Positions 54,681 to 64,000 of a stretch of 64,000 nt of DNA are shown here, piece after piece; position 1 is the first letter of the stretch, and every line of letters begins with the position of its first letter. Source of the DNA: a virus; IMG/VR virus record IMGVR_UViG_3300008113_000108, positions 32,001 through 96,000 of that record, one strand, 5' to 3'. The position numbers and the translations under genes were made by a program. The notes under the pieces were generated by a model, which saw only the letters and a program-made list of their open reading frames with translations, was not told the DNA's origin and ran no database searches.

Positions 54681-55349
54681 ATGACAAAATACAACATGTG
54701 GGTTAGCTCTGGAGATACTTCATGGGCTAGAACTTACTTCAATGAACTTGGAGCTGTTCAATTAACTCAAGAACAAGTTGATAAGTATTTCACTTTTGAT
54801 GAAAAAGGCGTAATTCAATTCGATGATGAAGTTCTTTGCGAAGCAACTGACCGAGATTGGGACGATCCAGAAAATGATTTTCCTACTTGGGATACAATTA
54901 CTGATGGATGTATTTGTTGGGGTCCTGATGTGGACGATCAAAACATCGGTATTTCCCCAGTAGATGATGATGAAAATCCTATTTGGGTACAACCTATCGA
55001 ACAACTCACTTACTATTCAAAAGAAGATATTGAAGAGTCTGTTCATTATGAAGAAGAACCTGGCAAAGCCGTTGCATGTATTCTACCTGAAATGGAAAAT
55101 AAAGACGGAGTATGGATTCTTTACAACTCATATGAACGTGGCGGGTACATCGGTGAATTTGAAATTCCCGATGGAGAAGAATTCGATCCTTCTAAACTAA
55201 TTGTTCACCTCACTGAAGTTGCTGAGTCTTGGACTGTAGTGAGTGGAATCGAATACAACGGGGAAGATATATATTGTGAAGGCGATACCATTGGCAAAGG
55301 AATCGACTGGTATGTGTATCACAATGGAAATCTTAAAAGTTTTAAATGA
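54681..55349 (+). CDS. acidic hypothetical protein
   Basis: 222-aa ORF after an early promoter. Confidence 0.75.
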   Translation: MTKYNMWVSSGDTSWARTYFNELGAVQLTQEQVDKYFTFDEKGVIQFDDEVLCEATDRDWDDPENDFPTWDTITDGCICWGPDVDDQNIGISPVDDDENPIWVQPIEQLTYYSKEDIEESVHYEEEPGKAVACILPEMENKDGVWILYNSYERGGYIGEFEIPDGEEFDPSKLIVHLTEVAESWTVVSGIEYNGEDIYCEGDTIGKGIDWYVYHNGNLKSFK

Positions 55350-55579
55350 ATATGGAAGAACAAATCATTGATGTTGAATCAACTGCAGTAGTTGAAGAAG
55401 AAACAGTACTAACTCCAGAACTTAGTCTGAATGAAGATAGGATTAAAACTCCTGCTGAGATTAGAAAAGATCTTGAGCAACTTAAACAATTAAATAAGCA
55501 ACTTAAAAAAATCAAACGATACATGAGAAGTCCTCTGCACGAAATTCGTCAGATGGACGCTAGAACATCAATCAATTAG
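55346..55579 (+). CDS. hypothetical protein
   Basis: Coupled 77-aa ORF. Confidence 0.65.
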   Translation: MNMEEQIIDVESTAVVEEETVLTPELSLNEDRIKTPAEIRKDLEQLKQLNKQLKKIKRYMRSPLHEIRQMDARTSIN

Positions 55580-55613
55580 TGATATATAATAAGTAACCTT
55601 TGGTTACTTTTTT

Positions 55614-55700
55614 GGAGGGGCAATCCGATTGGCGACGGAACCTGTCTTGAAAACAGTTGAGGTGTTAAAGCCCTTGGGGGTTCGACTCCCCCTCCCTCCG
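55614..55700 (+). tRNA. tRNA-Ser(TGA)
   Basis: GGAGGGG/TCCCTCC acceptor, loop CTTGAAA, long variable arm. Confidence 0.93.
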
Positions 55701-55717
55701 TTGTCCGTTATAATTTT

Positions 55718-55873
55718 ATGGATGAAACTTTTTATAAAGAATTTTGTGAACGGATTCAACACAGCTTACAAATTTCCATAAAGCATGGACACAATGATTA
55801 CGCATTGGGACTAAAAAAATCTGTAATGATTTTAAATGAACTGAGGAAGAAGTATCAAACTGAGTCTAAATAG
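55718..55873 (+). CDS. 51-aa hypothetical protein (not in track)
   Basis: MDETFYKEFCERIQHSL... Confidence 0.5.
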   Translation: MDETFYKEFCERIQHSLQISIKHGHNDYALGLKKSVMILNELRKKYQTESK

Positions 55874-55897
55874 TAGCACTCTTTATTGATAAGTCCC

Positions 55898-56104
55898 ATG
55901 GAAAAGTGTCCAGCATGTGGAGTAATTATTGAAGATGGAGTTGCTAAGTTTTCATATGGTAAGCCAGGAGATTTAGAGTTTCTAGCTCAAAGAGTTTGCC
56001 AATATCGTAAAGTTGATTCTCCATGTATTAATCCTTGTTTTAATGAGGAACATGATTATCCCCCTGGATATGACGAAGCCCCTAATTTTAATGTACCATT
56101 ATGA
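55898..56104 (+). CDS. small Cys-rich hypothetical protein
   Basis: CPAC..FSYGKPG...RVCQY...CIN. Confidence 0.65.
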   Translation: MEKCPACGVIIEDGVAKFSYGKPGDLEFLAQRVCQYRKVDSPCINPCFNEEHDYPPGYDEAPNFNVPL

Positions 56105-56286
56105 ATACTGAAAACCAAGAAATTGAAATTGAGTTAGATGATAAAACTGCTGCTTTAGCTCATATAATGGCTGAAGAAAAAGGCATTACAGTCGAAGAGC
56201 TTATTAGACAATGTTTGGATGAAGCCATAGAAAGTGGTTATTTTGATAATCCAGAGAATGTCACAACTGATGATCCATTAGACTGA
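56101..56286 (+). CDS. ribbon-helix-helix-like small protein
   Basis: IEIELDD...A.MAEEKGITVEELIRQ. Confidence 0.55.
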   Translation: MNTENQEIEIELDDKTAALAHIMAEEKGITVEELIRQCLDEAIESGYFDNPENVTTDDPLD

Positions 56287-56447
56287 TGGAGTATTCGATA
56301 TACCTATCATTATTTTTAGCAGTATTTGCATACGTTTGCATTACTGATCCAAATGTTCTTGAATGGATCAGTATAAAAATTAATCACTTTATTGTGGATA
56401 TGCAGTTAAAGTATATCAAACTTAAGTGGATGTTTAAAAAATTCTGA
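56286..56447 (+). CDS. 53-aa membrane protein (not in track)
   Basis: MEYSIYLSLFLAVFAYVCITDPNV. Confidence 0.6.
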   Translation: MEYSIYLSLFLAVFAYVCITDPNVLEWISIKINHFIVDMQLKYIKLKWMFKKF

Positions 56448-56455
56448 CTTTCAAA

Positions 56456-56490
56456 GGGGGCTTGACAGCCCCCTTCTTTTTTGGTATACT
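56456..56490 (+). promoter_or_regulatory. terminator with -35 box in its loop
   Basis: GGGGGC-TTGACA-GCCCCC-T run; -10 TATACT at 17 bp. Confidence 0.8.
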
Positions 56491-56512
56491 ACTGGGGTGA
56501 CTCAAACGTAAC

Positions 56513-56749
56513 ATGCAAATTACAATTTATAGTAAAGACAATTGCCCCTATTGCGAGAAAATCAAGCGAGTATTTGATTTGCTTGAATTGAGTTTTGTCG
56601 AATATAAATTGAATGAACATTTTACTCGACAAAACTTTATTGACGAATTTGGAGACGAAGCCACCTTTCCAAGAGTATTCATTGACAATGATATGATTGG
56701 TGGTTGCGTAGATACCATTGCTTATCTCAAGGAGAACAAAATTCTATGA
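56513..56749 (+). CDS. nrdC: glutaredoxin
   Basis: CPYC, TFPRVF, IGGC. Confidence 0.92.
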   Translation: MQITIYSKDNCPYCEKIKRVFDLLELSFVEYKLNEHFTRQNFIDEFGDEATFPRVFIDNDMIGGCVDTIAYLKENKIL

Positions 56750-57447
56750 GCCAGATCGCAGCTTTCATTGACACTGTTATTGATGATTTTGTTATCACTC
56801 GCAAAAAGTCAAAAGCTAACTTTATTCAGTTCCTTCGATCAGAAGATATTGACCGAAGAACTATCAATGATTTTGTAGACAATAAACTGGGTTTTGTTCT
56901 AGAACAAATTGATGAATTAACCATTGCACTAGATGGTGAAGATCAAGTAGTAAAAGAAGGGTATGGAAACTTTCGTCGTCCAGAGATACGAGAGTTTAAA
57001 GATCTTCTAAATCAGATTGTAGATGATCTTTACACCTACAAAAACTCTAAAAAGATTGTTCGCAAAAGGAGAAAGGTATCCCCAGATAAAATTGTGAAGT
57101 ATGTCAAACTTTACGATAAAGAACTGGAGCTAGGTGGTAATACATACAAGCCAGGCAAGCCACAAGACATCATTGGAGCCAAGTATGTATTTCTATACAA
57201 CATCGAAAAGCGAGAGCTTTGTTATTATGTCGGAAGGTCTTTATCAGTTCGTCGCACTATGATTGATGGTTTCGATCCAGAGAAATCATGGGTACGAACT
57301 TTACGAAAGCCAGAAGAATTTCTAACTGAAGTTATTTCTTGCACTAAATTTAATGCTGAGAATATCGGCAGTCACTTGACAACTAAACCAAAGTCTCCTT
57401 CTGGTAGAATGACACCGAAGCACATTCTAATCAAAGTTATTACATGA
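56746..57447 (+). CDS. conserved T4-like hypothetical protein
   Basis: P.DIIGA....YN..KR, RTLRKPEE. Confidence 0.75.
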   Translation: MSQIAAFIDTVIDDFVITRKKSKANFIQFLRSEDIDRRTINDFVDNKLGFVLEQIDELTIALDGEDQVVKEGYGNFRRPEIREFKDLLNQIVDDLYTYKNSKKIVRKRRKVSPDKIVKYVKLYDKELELGGNTYKPGKPQDIIGAKYVFLYNIEKRELCYYVGRSLSVRRTMIDGFDPEKSWVRTLRKPEEFLTEVISCTKFNAENIGSHLTTKPKSPSGRMTPKHILIKVIT

Positions 57448-57611
57448 CATCTATTCAAGAAAAGTTACTAAATAAAAATGTAAGAGCAATGATAAGTGGG
57501 AGGAAAAAAGACTTGAAAAAGCCTGACTTCCACTTCGATAAAATAGTTTCCATTTTCAAACGAAACTACAGAGTGGAAGTCAAAATCTTCATCCAAGATC
57601 AACAAGACTAA
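57444..57611 (+). CDS. 55-aa hypothetical protein (not in track)
   Basis: Coupled ORF MTSIQEKLLNKNV... Confidence 0.55.
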   Translation: MTSIQEKLLNKNVRAMISGRKKDLKKPDFHFDKIVSIFKRNYRVEVKIFIQDQQD

Positions 57612-57631
57612 CACTCTAAAGGGAAAGAACC

Positions 57632-57868
57632 ATGGCAAATCTATTAATTTTACTTACTGTATTTGCAGTAGGATTTGTTTTAATAGGACTAAGTTTTTTA
57701 ATTGGAATGGTGTTTGGATGGTTCGCTAATGAATATTTCAATCCGATTTCAAATCATACTAATACTGGTCATCCAGAAATGTATGACGAGAATGGGAATT
57801 ATATTACCGAGGAATTAATTGCTGTACGTTTTGAAGACGACGAAGACGACGAAGACGAAGAGGATTAA
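57632..57868 (+). CDS. membrane protein with acidic tail
   Basis: TM helix, HPEMYDENGN....L.AVRF. Confidence 0.75.
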   Translation: MANLLILLTVFAVGFVLIGLSFLIGMVFGWFANEYFNPISNHTNTGHPEMYDENGNYITEELIAVRFEDDEDDEDEED

Positions 57869-57871
57869 TTT

Positions 57872-58753
57872 ATGATACTGGTTGATATGAATCAGTGCAT
57901 GATTAGTAATTTGATGATGCAAACTAAACTGAGTGACGGATTGGACGAAAGTATGATCCGTCACATGGTATTAACATCTCTCAAAGCTTACAAAAAGAAA
58001 TTTCATGCAGAGTATGGAAATTTAGTTCTTTGTTACGATAGTAAGCACTATTGGAGAAAAGAATTCTTCCCATACTACAAACAGAATAGAAAGAAGGATA
58101 GAGAAAAATCATCCTTCGATTGGAATCAAATCTTTGAAATTCTCAATAAAATCAGAGACGAGATTCGTGACAACTTTCCATACATCGTAATGGAAATCTA
58201 TGGAGCAGAAGCAGATGATATCATTGCTACTCTCTGCAAACATGTTTCCATTCAGAACATCAAACGACAAAAGGATAATTTAAAAACAGAGAAAGTCTTA
58301 ATTTTATCAGGAGATAAAGACTTCATTCAATTATCTAAGTATCCTTGTGTCACTCAATACAATCCTGTACAGAAAAAATATGTTACAGATGGTATTGATC
58401 CAAAACTTTATATCAGAGAACACGTAATTAAAGGAGATCGTTCTGACGGTATTCCAAACTTTCTATCTGCTTCTGACACGTTTGTTTCTGGAAAGAGACA
58501 AAAGCCCATTAGCAAAAAGAACATAGCTAAGTGGGTACTATCAGAACCAGAAAGCTATTGTAATCAGGAACAGCTAGCGAACTATCATCGCAATCTCAAG
58601 CTAATTGATCTTGCTTGTATTCCTACTACAATAGAAGAAAAAATTATAGATGAATACAACTTGTTAAATAGTAACAAACCCAAACAGGTATCAATAAATT
58701 ATTTTATTGAAAACAAATTAGTTTCACTATTAAATGAAATGGAGGATTTTTAA
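57872..58753 (+). CDS. rnh: T4-type RNase H (5'-3' exonuclease)
   Basis: EADDII, ILSGDKDFIQL, GDRSDGIPN. Confidence 0.93.
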   Translation: MILVDMNQCMISNLMMQTKLSDGLDESMIRHMVLTSLKAYKKKFHAEYGNLVLCYDSKHYWRKEFFPYYKQNRKKDREKSSFDWNQIFEILNKIRDEIRDNFPYIVMEIYGAEADDIIATLCKHVSIQNIKRQKDNLKTEKVLILSGDKDFIQLSKYPCVTQYNPVQKKYVTDGIDPKLYIREHVIKGDRSDGIPNFLSASDTFVSGKRQKPISKKNIAKWVLSEPESYCNQEQLANYHRNLKLIDLACIPTTIEEKIIDEYNLLNSNKPKQVSINYFIENKLVSLLNEMEDF

Positions 58754-58756
58754 CTC

Positions 58757-59209
58757 ATGGCTGAATTACCAGTAGAAAGACTTCTGCTCTCAGAAGTTCT
58801 ACAAAAAGTATCTAATGCTAAAACGAAAAAGGAAAAGATCGGACTGCTAAACAAATATAAGACTCCTGCACTACAATCAATTCTAATCTGGAACTTTGAT
58901 GATAGTGTAGTTTCTATGTTGCCTGAAGGAGACGTACCTTATACTCCTAATGAAGCTCCAGTAGATACGGAGCACACTCGACTACTCCATGAGTATCGAA
59001 TTCTTTATAACTTTGTTAAGGGTGGTAATGATGGTCTCTCTGGAAACAAAAGAGAAACCATGTTCATCCAACTCCTAGAAAGTCTTCATCAAGATGAAGC
59101 AAAACTTCTCTGCATGGTAAAAGATAAACTTGTAGGTAAGAAATATAAGATTACCAAAGCCTGTGTAGAAGAAGCTTATCCAGAAATTAAGTGGGGAAAT
59201 AGGTCGTGA
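58757..59209 (+). CDS. conserved hypothetical protein
   Basis: LPEGDVPY, RETMFIQLLESLH..EA. Confidence 0.8.
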   Translation: MAELPVERLLLSEVLQKVSNAKTKKEKIGLLNKYKTPALQSILIWNFDDSVVSMLPEGDVPYTPNEAPVDTEHTRLLHEYRILYNFVKGGNDGLSGNKRETMFIQLLESLHQDEAKLLCMVKDKLVGKKYKITKACVEEAYPEIKWGNRS

Positions 59210-59210
59210 T

Positions 59211-59468
59211 ATGTGTAAGATTGTACACCAAGACTGTGATAAAAGTCTAGCTGCTGATAAGACCCTACCTCTAAACTCATATTTGGTCACGTATACACTT
59301 GACAATCAGCTCAAATATGATATAGTGGTATGTAACAAGCGGGCTCAGATCTTCGACATGTACTGGGACAAGTACCGAGAGGGTCTAAAGGATATCCGCT
59401 GGACTGATGGCAAAGTCAATCCTAAACTCTGGGGAAACCCGCCAAAAGAACCTAAAAAGAAAAAGTAA
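59211..59468 (+). CDS. conserved hypothetical protein
   Basis: IFD.YWDKY, G.VNPKLWG. Confidence 0.75.
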   Translation: MCKIVHQDCDKSLAADKTLPLNSYLVTYTLDNQLKYDIVVCNKRAQIFDMYWDKYREGLKDIRWTDGKVNPKLWGNPPKEPKKKK

Positions 59469-59470
59469 TT

Positions 59471-60133
59471 ATGAGCAATGTTTATTTGATTTCACTCAGT
59501 CAAGGGGCAGGCAAACTAGAAGGTAAGTCTGCCCAAGAAGTGATTACATATACTGCCCGTGTAAGTAATCCAGCAAATCAAGAAAATTTTGATACTGCAT
59601 CTAAGCTTCTTCGTTATTGCATTCGTCAGAATCACTGGTCAATCTTTGAGCAAGCTGATATGACTCTAGAAATCAATACTAGTAGAGGAATTGCAGCTCA
59701 AATTCTTCGTCACCGTTCATTTACATTCCAGGAATTTTCACAGCGGTATGCTGATACCAAACTTCTTTCTGATCGCCCTCTGATTCCTGATCTTCGCAGA
59801 CAGGATGACAAGAATCGTCAAAACTCTATTGATGATTTTGGCGATTATGTAAAGCTAAAGATGCAAGGTGAAATCCAAGACTACTTTGACAGAGGACAGC
59901 AACTTTATGATAGTCTTCTTAATCAAGGTGTTGCTAAGGAATGTGCAAGATTTGTACTTCCACTATCAACTCCAACTAGAATTTACATGAAGGGCTCAGC
60001 TAGGTCATGGATACATTACATCAATCTTCGCTCTGCTCATGGCACTCAGAAAGAGCACATGGACATTGCCAACGAATGTAAAGAAGTATTTAAAACTGCT
60101 TTCCCTGATCTTGCCGAAGCTTTAGAATGGTGA
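59471..60133 (+). CDS. thyX: flavin-dependent thymidylate synthase
   Basis: QILRHRSFTFQEFSQRY, KECARFVLP. Confidence 0.96.
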   Translation: MSNVYLISLSQGAGKLEGKSAQEVITYTARVSNPANQENFDTASKLLRYCIRQNHWSIFEQADMTLEINTSRGIAAQILRHRSFTFQEFSQRYADTKLLSDRPLIPDLRRQDDKNRQNSIDDFGDYVKLKMQGEIQDYFDRGQQLYDSLLNQGVAKECARFVLPLSTPTRIYMKGSARSWIHYINLRSAHGTQKEHMDIANECKEVFKTAFPDLAEALEW

Positions 60134-60153
60134 TCTGATCTTCCCTCTATATT

Positions 60154-60702
60154 ATGAACATCTTTTATTTGAACTATAACCCAGTTGTGTGTGCTCAAGA
60201 GCATTGCGATAAACATGTTGTAAAAATGATTGTTGAGTATGCACAACTTCTATCAACCGCTCATCGAGTTCTTGACGGTATTGGTTATTACGAACTTTCT
60301 AGTAAGAATCGACAAGTCAAGAGATTCAAACTCGATGAGCCAAGGGAATCAAATCTCTATAAAGCTTGTCATATTAACCACCCTTCTGCTGTCTGGGCTA
60401 GGAGTTCTAAATCACATTACAAGTGGCTCTACGAGTTATTTGAACAATGCTGCATTGAATACACCAGGAGGTATGGCAAATTCCATGCTACTGAATCTCT
60501 AAAAGGATATTTACGACATACTCCTAATAATCTTCCAGATCTTGGATGGTCAGAACCTCCTCCAGCAATGCCCGATAAATACAAGCAAGCTGATTCAATT
60601 CAGTCGTATCGCAATTATTACATTGGAGAAAAAGTTTCCTTTGCGAAATGGAAATCTCCAGCTACTATTCCTGAATGGTTTAAAACACATGCCTACGTAT
60701 AA
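60154..60702 (+). CDS. pyrimidine-dimer DNA glycosylase family protein
   Basis: MNIFYL...DKHVVKMI.EYAQLLSTAH, HINHPS..W. Confidence 0.75.
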   Translation: MNIFYLNYNPVVCAQEHCDKHVVKMIVEYAQLLSTAHRVLDGIGYYELSSKNRQVKRFKLDEPRESNLYKACHINHPSAVWARSSKSHYKWLYELFEQCCIEYTRRYGKFHATESLKGYLRHTPNNLPDLGWSEPPPAMPDKYKQADSIQSYRNYYIGEKVSFAKWKSPATIPEWFKTHAYV

Positions 60703-60922
60703 ATTCCGAGATAATAACACTGGTGAGATCTTTGAGAAGTGGATGTATATGGCAGAGAGGGAACCTTATCTAAAAGAAAATCCACACATTAATCAGGTTC
60801 CCACTGGAATGTCTTCCGTCAGTGAAGTCGGGGATTGGAAAAATACCAAAGTACCTGGCTCATTTAAAGACGTTCTAGGACGCATCAAAAAATCATATCC
60901 TAATTCCACATTTGAAGTATGA
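60689..60922 (+). CDS. FmdB-like small protein
   Basis: MPTYKFRD..TGE. Confidence 0.7.
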   Translation: MPTYKFRDNNTGEIFEKWMYMAEREPYLKENPHINQVPTGMSSVSEVGDWKNTKVPGSFKDVLGRIKKSYPNSTFEV

Positions 60923-61674
60923 CTAGTTCCCGCAGAAAGAAAAACGAATCCTCCTTTGCAGACCTATCTGCTAAAAAGGTCAGGAGAAAAAAGCCTATTG
61001 ATCTAGAGCATATGGTTGATATTCAACCTCTGACTCCAGCTCAAGAAAAAGTATTTGAATCATACGCTCAGGATAAGAATTTATTTTTATATGGTGCGGC
61101 TGGAACTGGTAAAACATTCGTTAGCCTATACCTAGCACTCAAAGATGTTCTAAACGAAAGAACACCATATGATAAAGTTTATATGGTTCGTTCTCTAGTT
61201 TCCACTAGAGAGATTGGCTTCCTTCCAGGAGATCATGAAGATAAATCAAGTCTTTATCAAATTCCATATAAGAATATGGTAAAGTACATGTTTGAAATGC
61301 CAGACGATGCATCATTTGAAATGCTATACGGCAATCTAAAGAATCAAGGAACAATTAGTTTCTGGAGTACTTCATTCATTCGTGGTACTACACTTGACAA
61401 TGCTATCATCATTGTAGATGAAAGTCAGAACCTAAACTTCCACGAACTAGATTCTATTATCACTAGGGTCGGACAAGATACCAAGATTATTTTCTGTGGT
61501 GATGTTCAGCAAACAGACCTTATCAAGACTAATGAAAAGAATGGAATTCTAAACTTCATGAGTATTCTCAATACTATGGAAGAGTTTTCTATGATTGAAT
61601 TTGGTATTCCTGATATTGTTCGTTCTGGTCTAATCAGAAGTTATCTAATTAGTAAACTTAATTTGGGATTCTAA
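60919..61674 (+). CDS. phoH: PhoH family ATPase
   Basis: GAAGTGKT, IGFLPG, RGTTLD, DESQN, GD..Q.D, DIVRSG. Confidence 0.95.
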   Translation: MTSSRRKKNESSFADLSAKKVRRKKPIDLEHMVDIQPLTPAQEKVFESYAQDKNLFLYGAAGTGKTFVSLYLALKDVLNERTPYDKVYMVRSLVSTREIGFLPGDHEDKSSLYQIPYKNMVKYMFEMPDDASFEMLYGNLKNQGTISFWSTSFIRGTTLDNAIIIVDESQNLNFHELDSIITRVGQDTKIIFCGDVQQTDLIKTNEKNGILNFMSILNTMEEFSMIEFGIPDIVRSGLIRSYLISKLNLGF

Positions 61675-61676
61675 TA

Positions 61677-62339
61677 GTGTTTGTACATCTAAATAATGCT
61701 TCTTTGATTGATTTAGTCGCAGAGACTACCGAAAGCGGAAGGGTCTATGTTACTCCAGAGGGTAACAAGTATCCTTCCGTTACTACTGTAATTGGAGCTA
61801 AATCAAAACAATCCATTCTAGAATGGAGAAAGCGAGTAGGTGAAGCAGAAGCAAATCGTATTTCTTCTAGAGCAGCTTCTAGAGGAACTTCTCTTCATTC
61901 TATGAACGAAGATTACCTAAATAATATATTCGATGAAGAGAAGTACAAAACCAAGGTACTTCCTCTATTCATGTTCAAGCACCTTAAACCGTTTTTAAAC
62001 AAGATTAACAACATTCATGTTTTAGAAGGTGCTCTATACAGCGACAGACTGCAACTGGCTGGACGAGTTGATTGCATTGCAGAATATGAAAATGAGCTTG
62101 CAATCATAGACTTCAAAACTTCTACTGAACCTAAAAAGCGGGAATGGATTGAAAATTACATTGCACAGGAGTGTGCATATGCTATGATGTACTATGAACG
62201 CACTGGAATCAAAGTCAAAAAACTAGTGACTCTGATTGCTTGCGAGGATGGAGAGGTTCAAGTTTTTCAAGAGTATGATATTAAAAAGTATATGAGTGTG
62301 TTGATGTCATACATCAACCATTGGAAAGAAACCCACTAA
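61677..62339 (+). CDS. PD-(D/E)XK exonuclease
   Basis: YPSVTTV, AGRVDC, IIDFKTS, Q..AY. Confidence 0.88.
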   Translation: MFVHLNNASLIDLVAETTESGRVYVTPEGNKYPSVTTVIGAKSKQSILEWRKRVGEAEANRISSRAASRGTSLHSMNEDYLNNIFDEEKYKTKVLPLFMFKHLKPFLNKINNIHVLEGALYSDRLQLAGRVDCIAEYENELAIIDFKTSTEPKKREWIENYIAQECAYAMMYYERTGIKVKKLVTLIACEDGEVQVFQEYDIKKYMSVLMSYINHWKETH

Positions 62340-62351
62340 TTTCAGACTCTA

Positions 62352-62690
62352 ATGGATCAAAGTAAAAAACTAAAAAAGACTGGTAAAGATCCAGTAAAAC
62401 CCGAAAGTTTTTACAAGAACTCTCCGTGTGTATCTGAATCTTTTGAACAAATTATTGAGGACAAGTTTATGACTACTGCGAAATTTTCTATGGAAGTTGA
62501 GGAGATTGTAAAGACAAATCAAGGAGGAATTAATTACATTGAAGCAATATTAATTTATTGTGAAAAGTATGATATTGAATTGGAGAGTGTTTCCAAATTG
62601 ATTTCAAAACCACTAAAAGAAAAACTTAAAGTTGATGCACAACGCATGAACTTTATGAAGAAAACTTCTAGGGCACGGCTTCCTCTATGA
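62352..62690 (+). CDS. gp33: late promoter transcription coactivator
   Basis: NYIEAI...CE...IE.ESV.KLISKPLKEKL..DA. Confidence 0.9.
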   Translation: MDQSKKLKKTGKDPVKPESFYKNSPCVSESFEQIIEDKFMTTAKFSMEVEEIVKTNQGGINYIEAILIYCEKYDIELESVSKLISKPLKEKLKVDAQRMNFMKKTSRARLPL

Positions 62691-63274
62691 ATGGATTTGA
62701 AGTTTACAAACTTTACCTCGCTATAAAATTACATTTTACTTCAGATAGTTACAACTATTTTACCTTCAACGGAAAAACAAGAACTACTCTTCAATCTTTT
62801 GAAAAACGAAGAGACAAATATTTTTTTAAAAAACTAGCAACAAAATTTAGTCAAGAAGAACTAATACAATACTTTGTTGCTCACTTCGTACAGAATGAGG
62901 ATACTTGGATTGGAGACATATCCAAGATAGAAAACTCTTCTGTATATTTGGAGTGGACAAAGAAAATACAGAGCATGTCATTTGTATTTTCTAATGATGT
63001 AGATCAGCTATTGAAAGATTTAGAATTTGAACAAATATTCAAGGTTACTTCTACTCATCCACCTTTACTGAAGAAATACTTATCAAAGTCTATATCACTA
63101 GAGACTCTAGTTATCTTCAACAAATTGCTAAATTTTGTCAAAGATTTTGACAAGACTATTGCAGATCCTGTGGTCTGGCCAGAACTCAAAAGGAAGGTAC
63201 TGAAATACGAACCTTTCCTTTTGGTAGACAAACCTAAATATAAACAGATACTTTTGTCGAAGGTAACGAACTGA
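62687..63274 (+). CDS. gp59: helicase loader
   Basis: YKLYLAIKLHFT, F.KR.DKYFF.KL. Confidence 0.9.
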   Translation: MNGFEVYKLYLAIKLHFTSDSYNYFTFNGKTRTTLQSFEKRRDKYFFKKLATKFSQEELIQYFVAHFVQNEDTWIGDISKIENSSVYLEWTKKIQSMSFVFSNDVDQLLKDLEFEQIFKVTSTHPPLLKKYLSKSISLETLVIFNKLLNFVKDFDKTIADPVVWPELKRKVLKYEPFLLVDKPKYKQILLSKVTN

Positions 63275-63609
63275 TGTCTTTCTTTGAACAAGAATTAATT
63301 CGTGATGAATTAGAAGAAATGTCAACACTATATCAAGAGATTGCTTTCTTGATGTATAGTCCACATGAAAAATCTGAAGATGATCGTAGAGAATGTTTAG
63401 ATAAATTAGAAAGACTCGTAGAACTTCAAGAGCTTCTCTATTTTAGAGCAAAGTATTCTAGCGATACCGAAGCCGAAGAGTTTGTAGAAATGCTTCGTGC
63501 CTCAGCAGCTTTTCTCGGGGTGCCCTCGGACATTGATGTGTCACAAATCTTCATCCAGATGAAGGAGGACATTTCCAGAGCCAAGGAAAAGCTTGACAAA
63601 TCTATCTGA
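63274..63609 (+). CDS. DUF1825-like protein
   Basis: MSFF..E.I..E...Y; Q...Y.R..S.D.EA. Confidence 0.65.
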   Translation: MSFFEQELIRDELEEMSTLYQEIAFLMYSPHEKSEDDRRECLDKLERLVELQELLYFRAKYSSDTEAEEFVEMLRASAAFLGVPSDIDVSQIFIQMKEDISRAKEKLDKSI

Positions 63610-63621
63610 ACCTGCTACCAT
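63593..63621 (+). promoter_or_regulatory. early promoter for gp32
   Basis: TTGACA-17-TACCAT with extended TG. Confidence 0.75.
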
Positions 63622-63683
63622 GGTCTCATGGGTTCGGGTTCACAGGCCAAATCCATTTAATCCAATCAATACGGAGAATACAC

Positions 63684-64000
63684 ATGTCATTTGCAACACT
63701 CAAGCGTAACTCAACCTCTGCTTTCGATAAGCTAACCCAGGAAATCGAAAAGATGTCCACCACTGAAGGTGGTGCTGATGAACGTTTCTGGAAGCCAGAG
63801 ATGGACAAAGCAGGTAATGGTTATGCAGTAATCCGTTTCCTTCCCGCTCCTGAAGGGGAAGATGTTCCTTGGGCGAAAGTCTGGAGTCATGCTTTCCAAG
63901 GTCCTGGCGGATGGTACATTGAGAATTCCCTAACTACCCTCAACAAGAAAGATCCAGTTGGTGAACTGAATCGTCAACTGTGGAACAGCGGTAGTGATAA
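63684..64000 (+). CDS. gp32: single-stranded DNA binding protein (partial)
   Basis: MSFATLKR..DERFWKPE.DK.GNGYAVIRFLP, HAFQGPGGWYIENSLTT. Confidence 0.95.
   Translation, partial: MSFATLKRNSTSAFDKLTQEIEKMSTTEGGADERFWKPEMDKAGNGYAVIRFLPAPEGEDVPWAKVWSHAFQGPGGWYIENSLTTLNKKDPVGELNRQLWNSGSD

Noticed and set aside
55614-55700. Suppressor or selenocysteine tRNA, or stop-codon recoding
   Set aside because: Anticodon TGA reads UCA (Ser); genes end normally at TAA, TGA and TAG
61677-62339. Cas4-like nuclease suggesting a CRISPR system
   Set aside because: Core T4-like exonuclease in its usual position; no repeat-spacer array or other cas genes seen in the window

Overview
A 64-kb slice of an AT-rich T4-like cyanomyovirus genome (host probably a Synechococcus/Cyanobium-type cyanobacterium, from psbA, two hli genes, an SLH-porin-like gene, mazG, phoH and hsp20). 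Almost all genes are on the + strand. Order: gp16 end, gp17-gp23 head/tail module, gp3, uvsY/uvsW, gp55, gp47/46, a vWA-metallopeptidase plus CobS-like AAA pair, gp45/44/62/regA, hsp20, gp43, uvsX, gp41, mazG, a nucleotidyltransferase, large modular late proteins, gp61, nrdA/B, an accessory island (3 cell-wall hydrolases, 10 tRNAs, several structured RNAs, 2 free-standing homing-type endonucleases, hli, psbA), then glutaredoxin, rnh, thyX, phoH, gp33, gp59 and the start of gp32. Main leads: (1) late proteins built of modules separated by gp21-type (hydrophobic)-X-E sites, with T4 capsid-targeting-like motifs, suggesting a packaged polyprotein cargo system that may include an injected nucleotidyltransferase; (2) tRNA spacers filled with discrete folded RNAs, including a 107-nt four-way-junction RNA and an anticodon-defective tRNA mimic; (3) two oppositely oriented promoters about 29.5 kb apart that share an identical 27-bp -10/leader element (candidate R-loop origins); (4) host-type signals on phage genes: a tandem glutamine riboswitch and RpaB/HLR1 boxes on hli and psbA. 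Three genes show frame breaks that may be assembly deletions. All family assignments come from motif recognition and synteny, not database searches.
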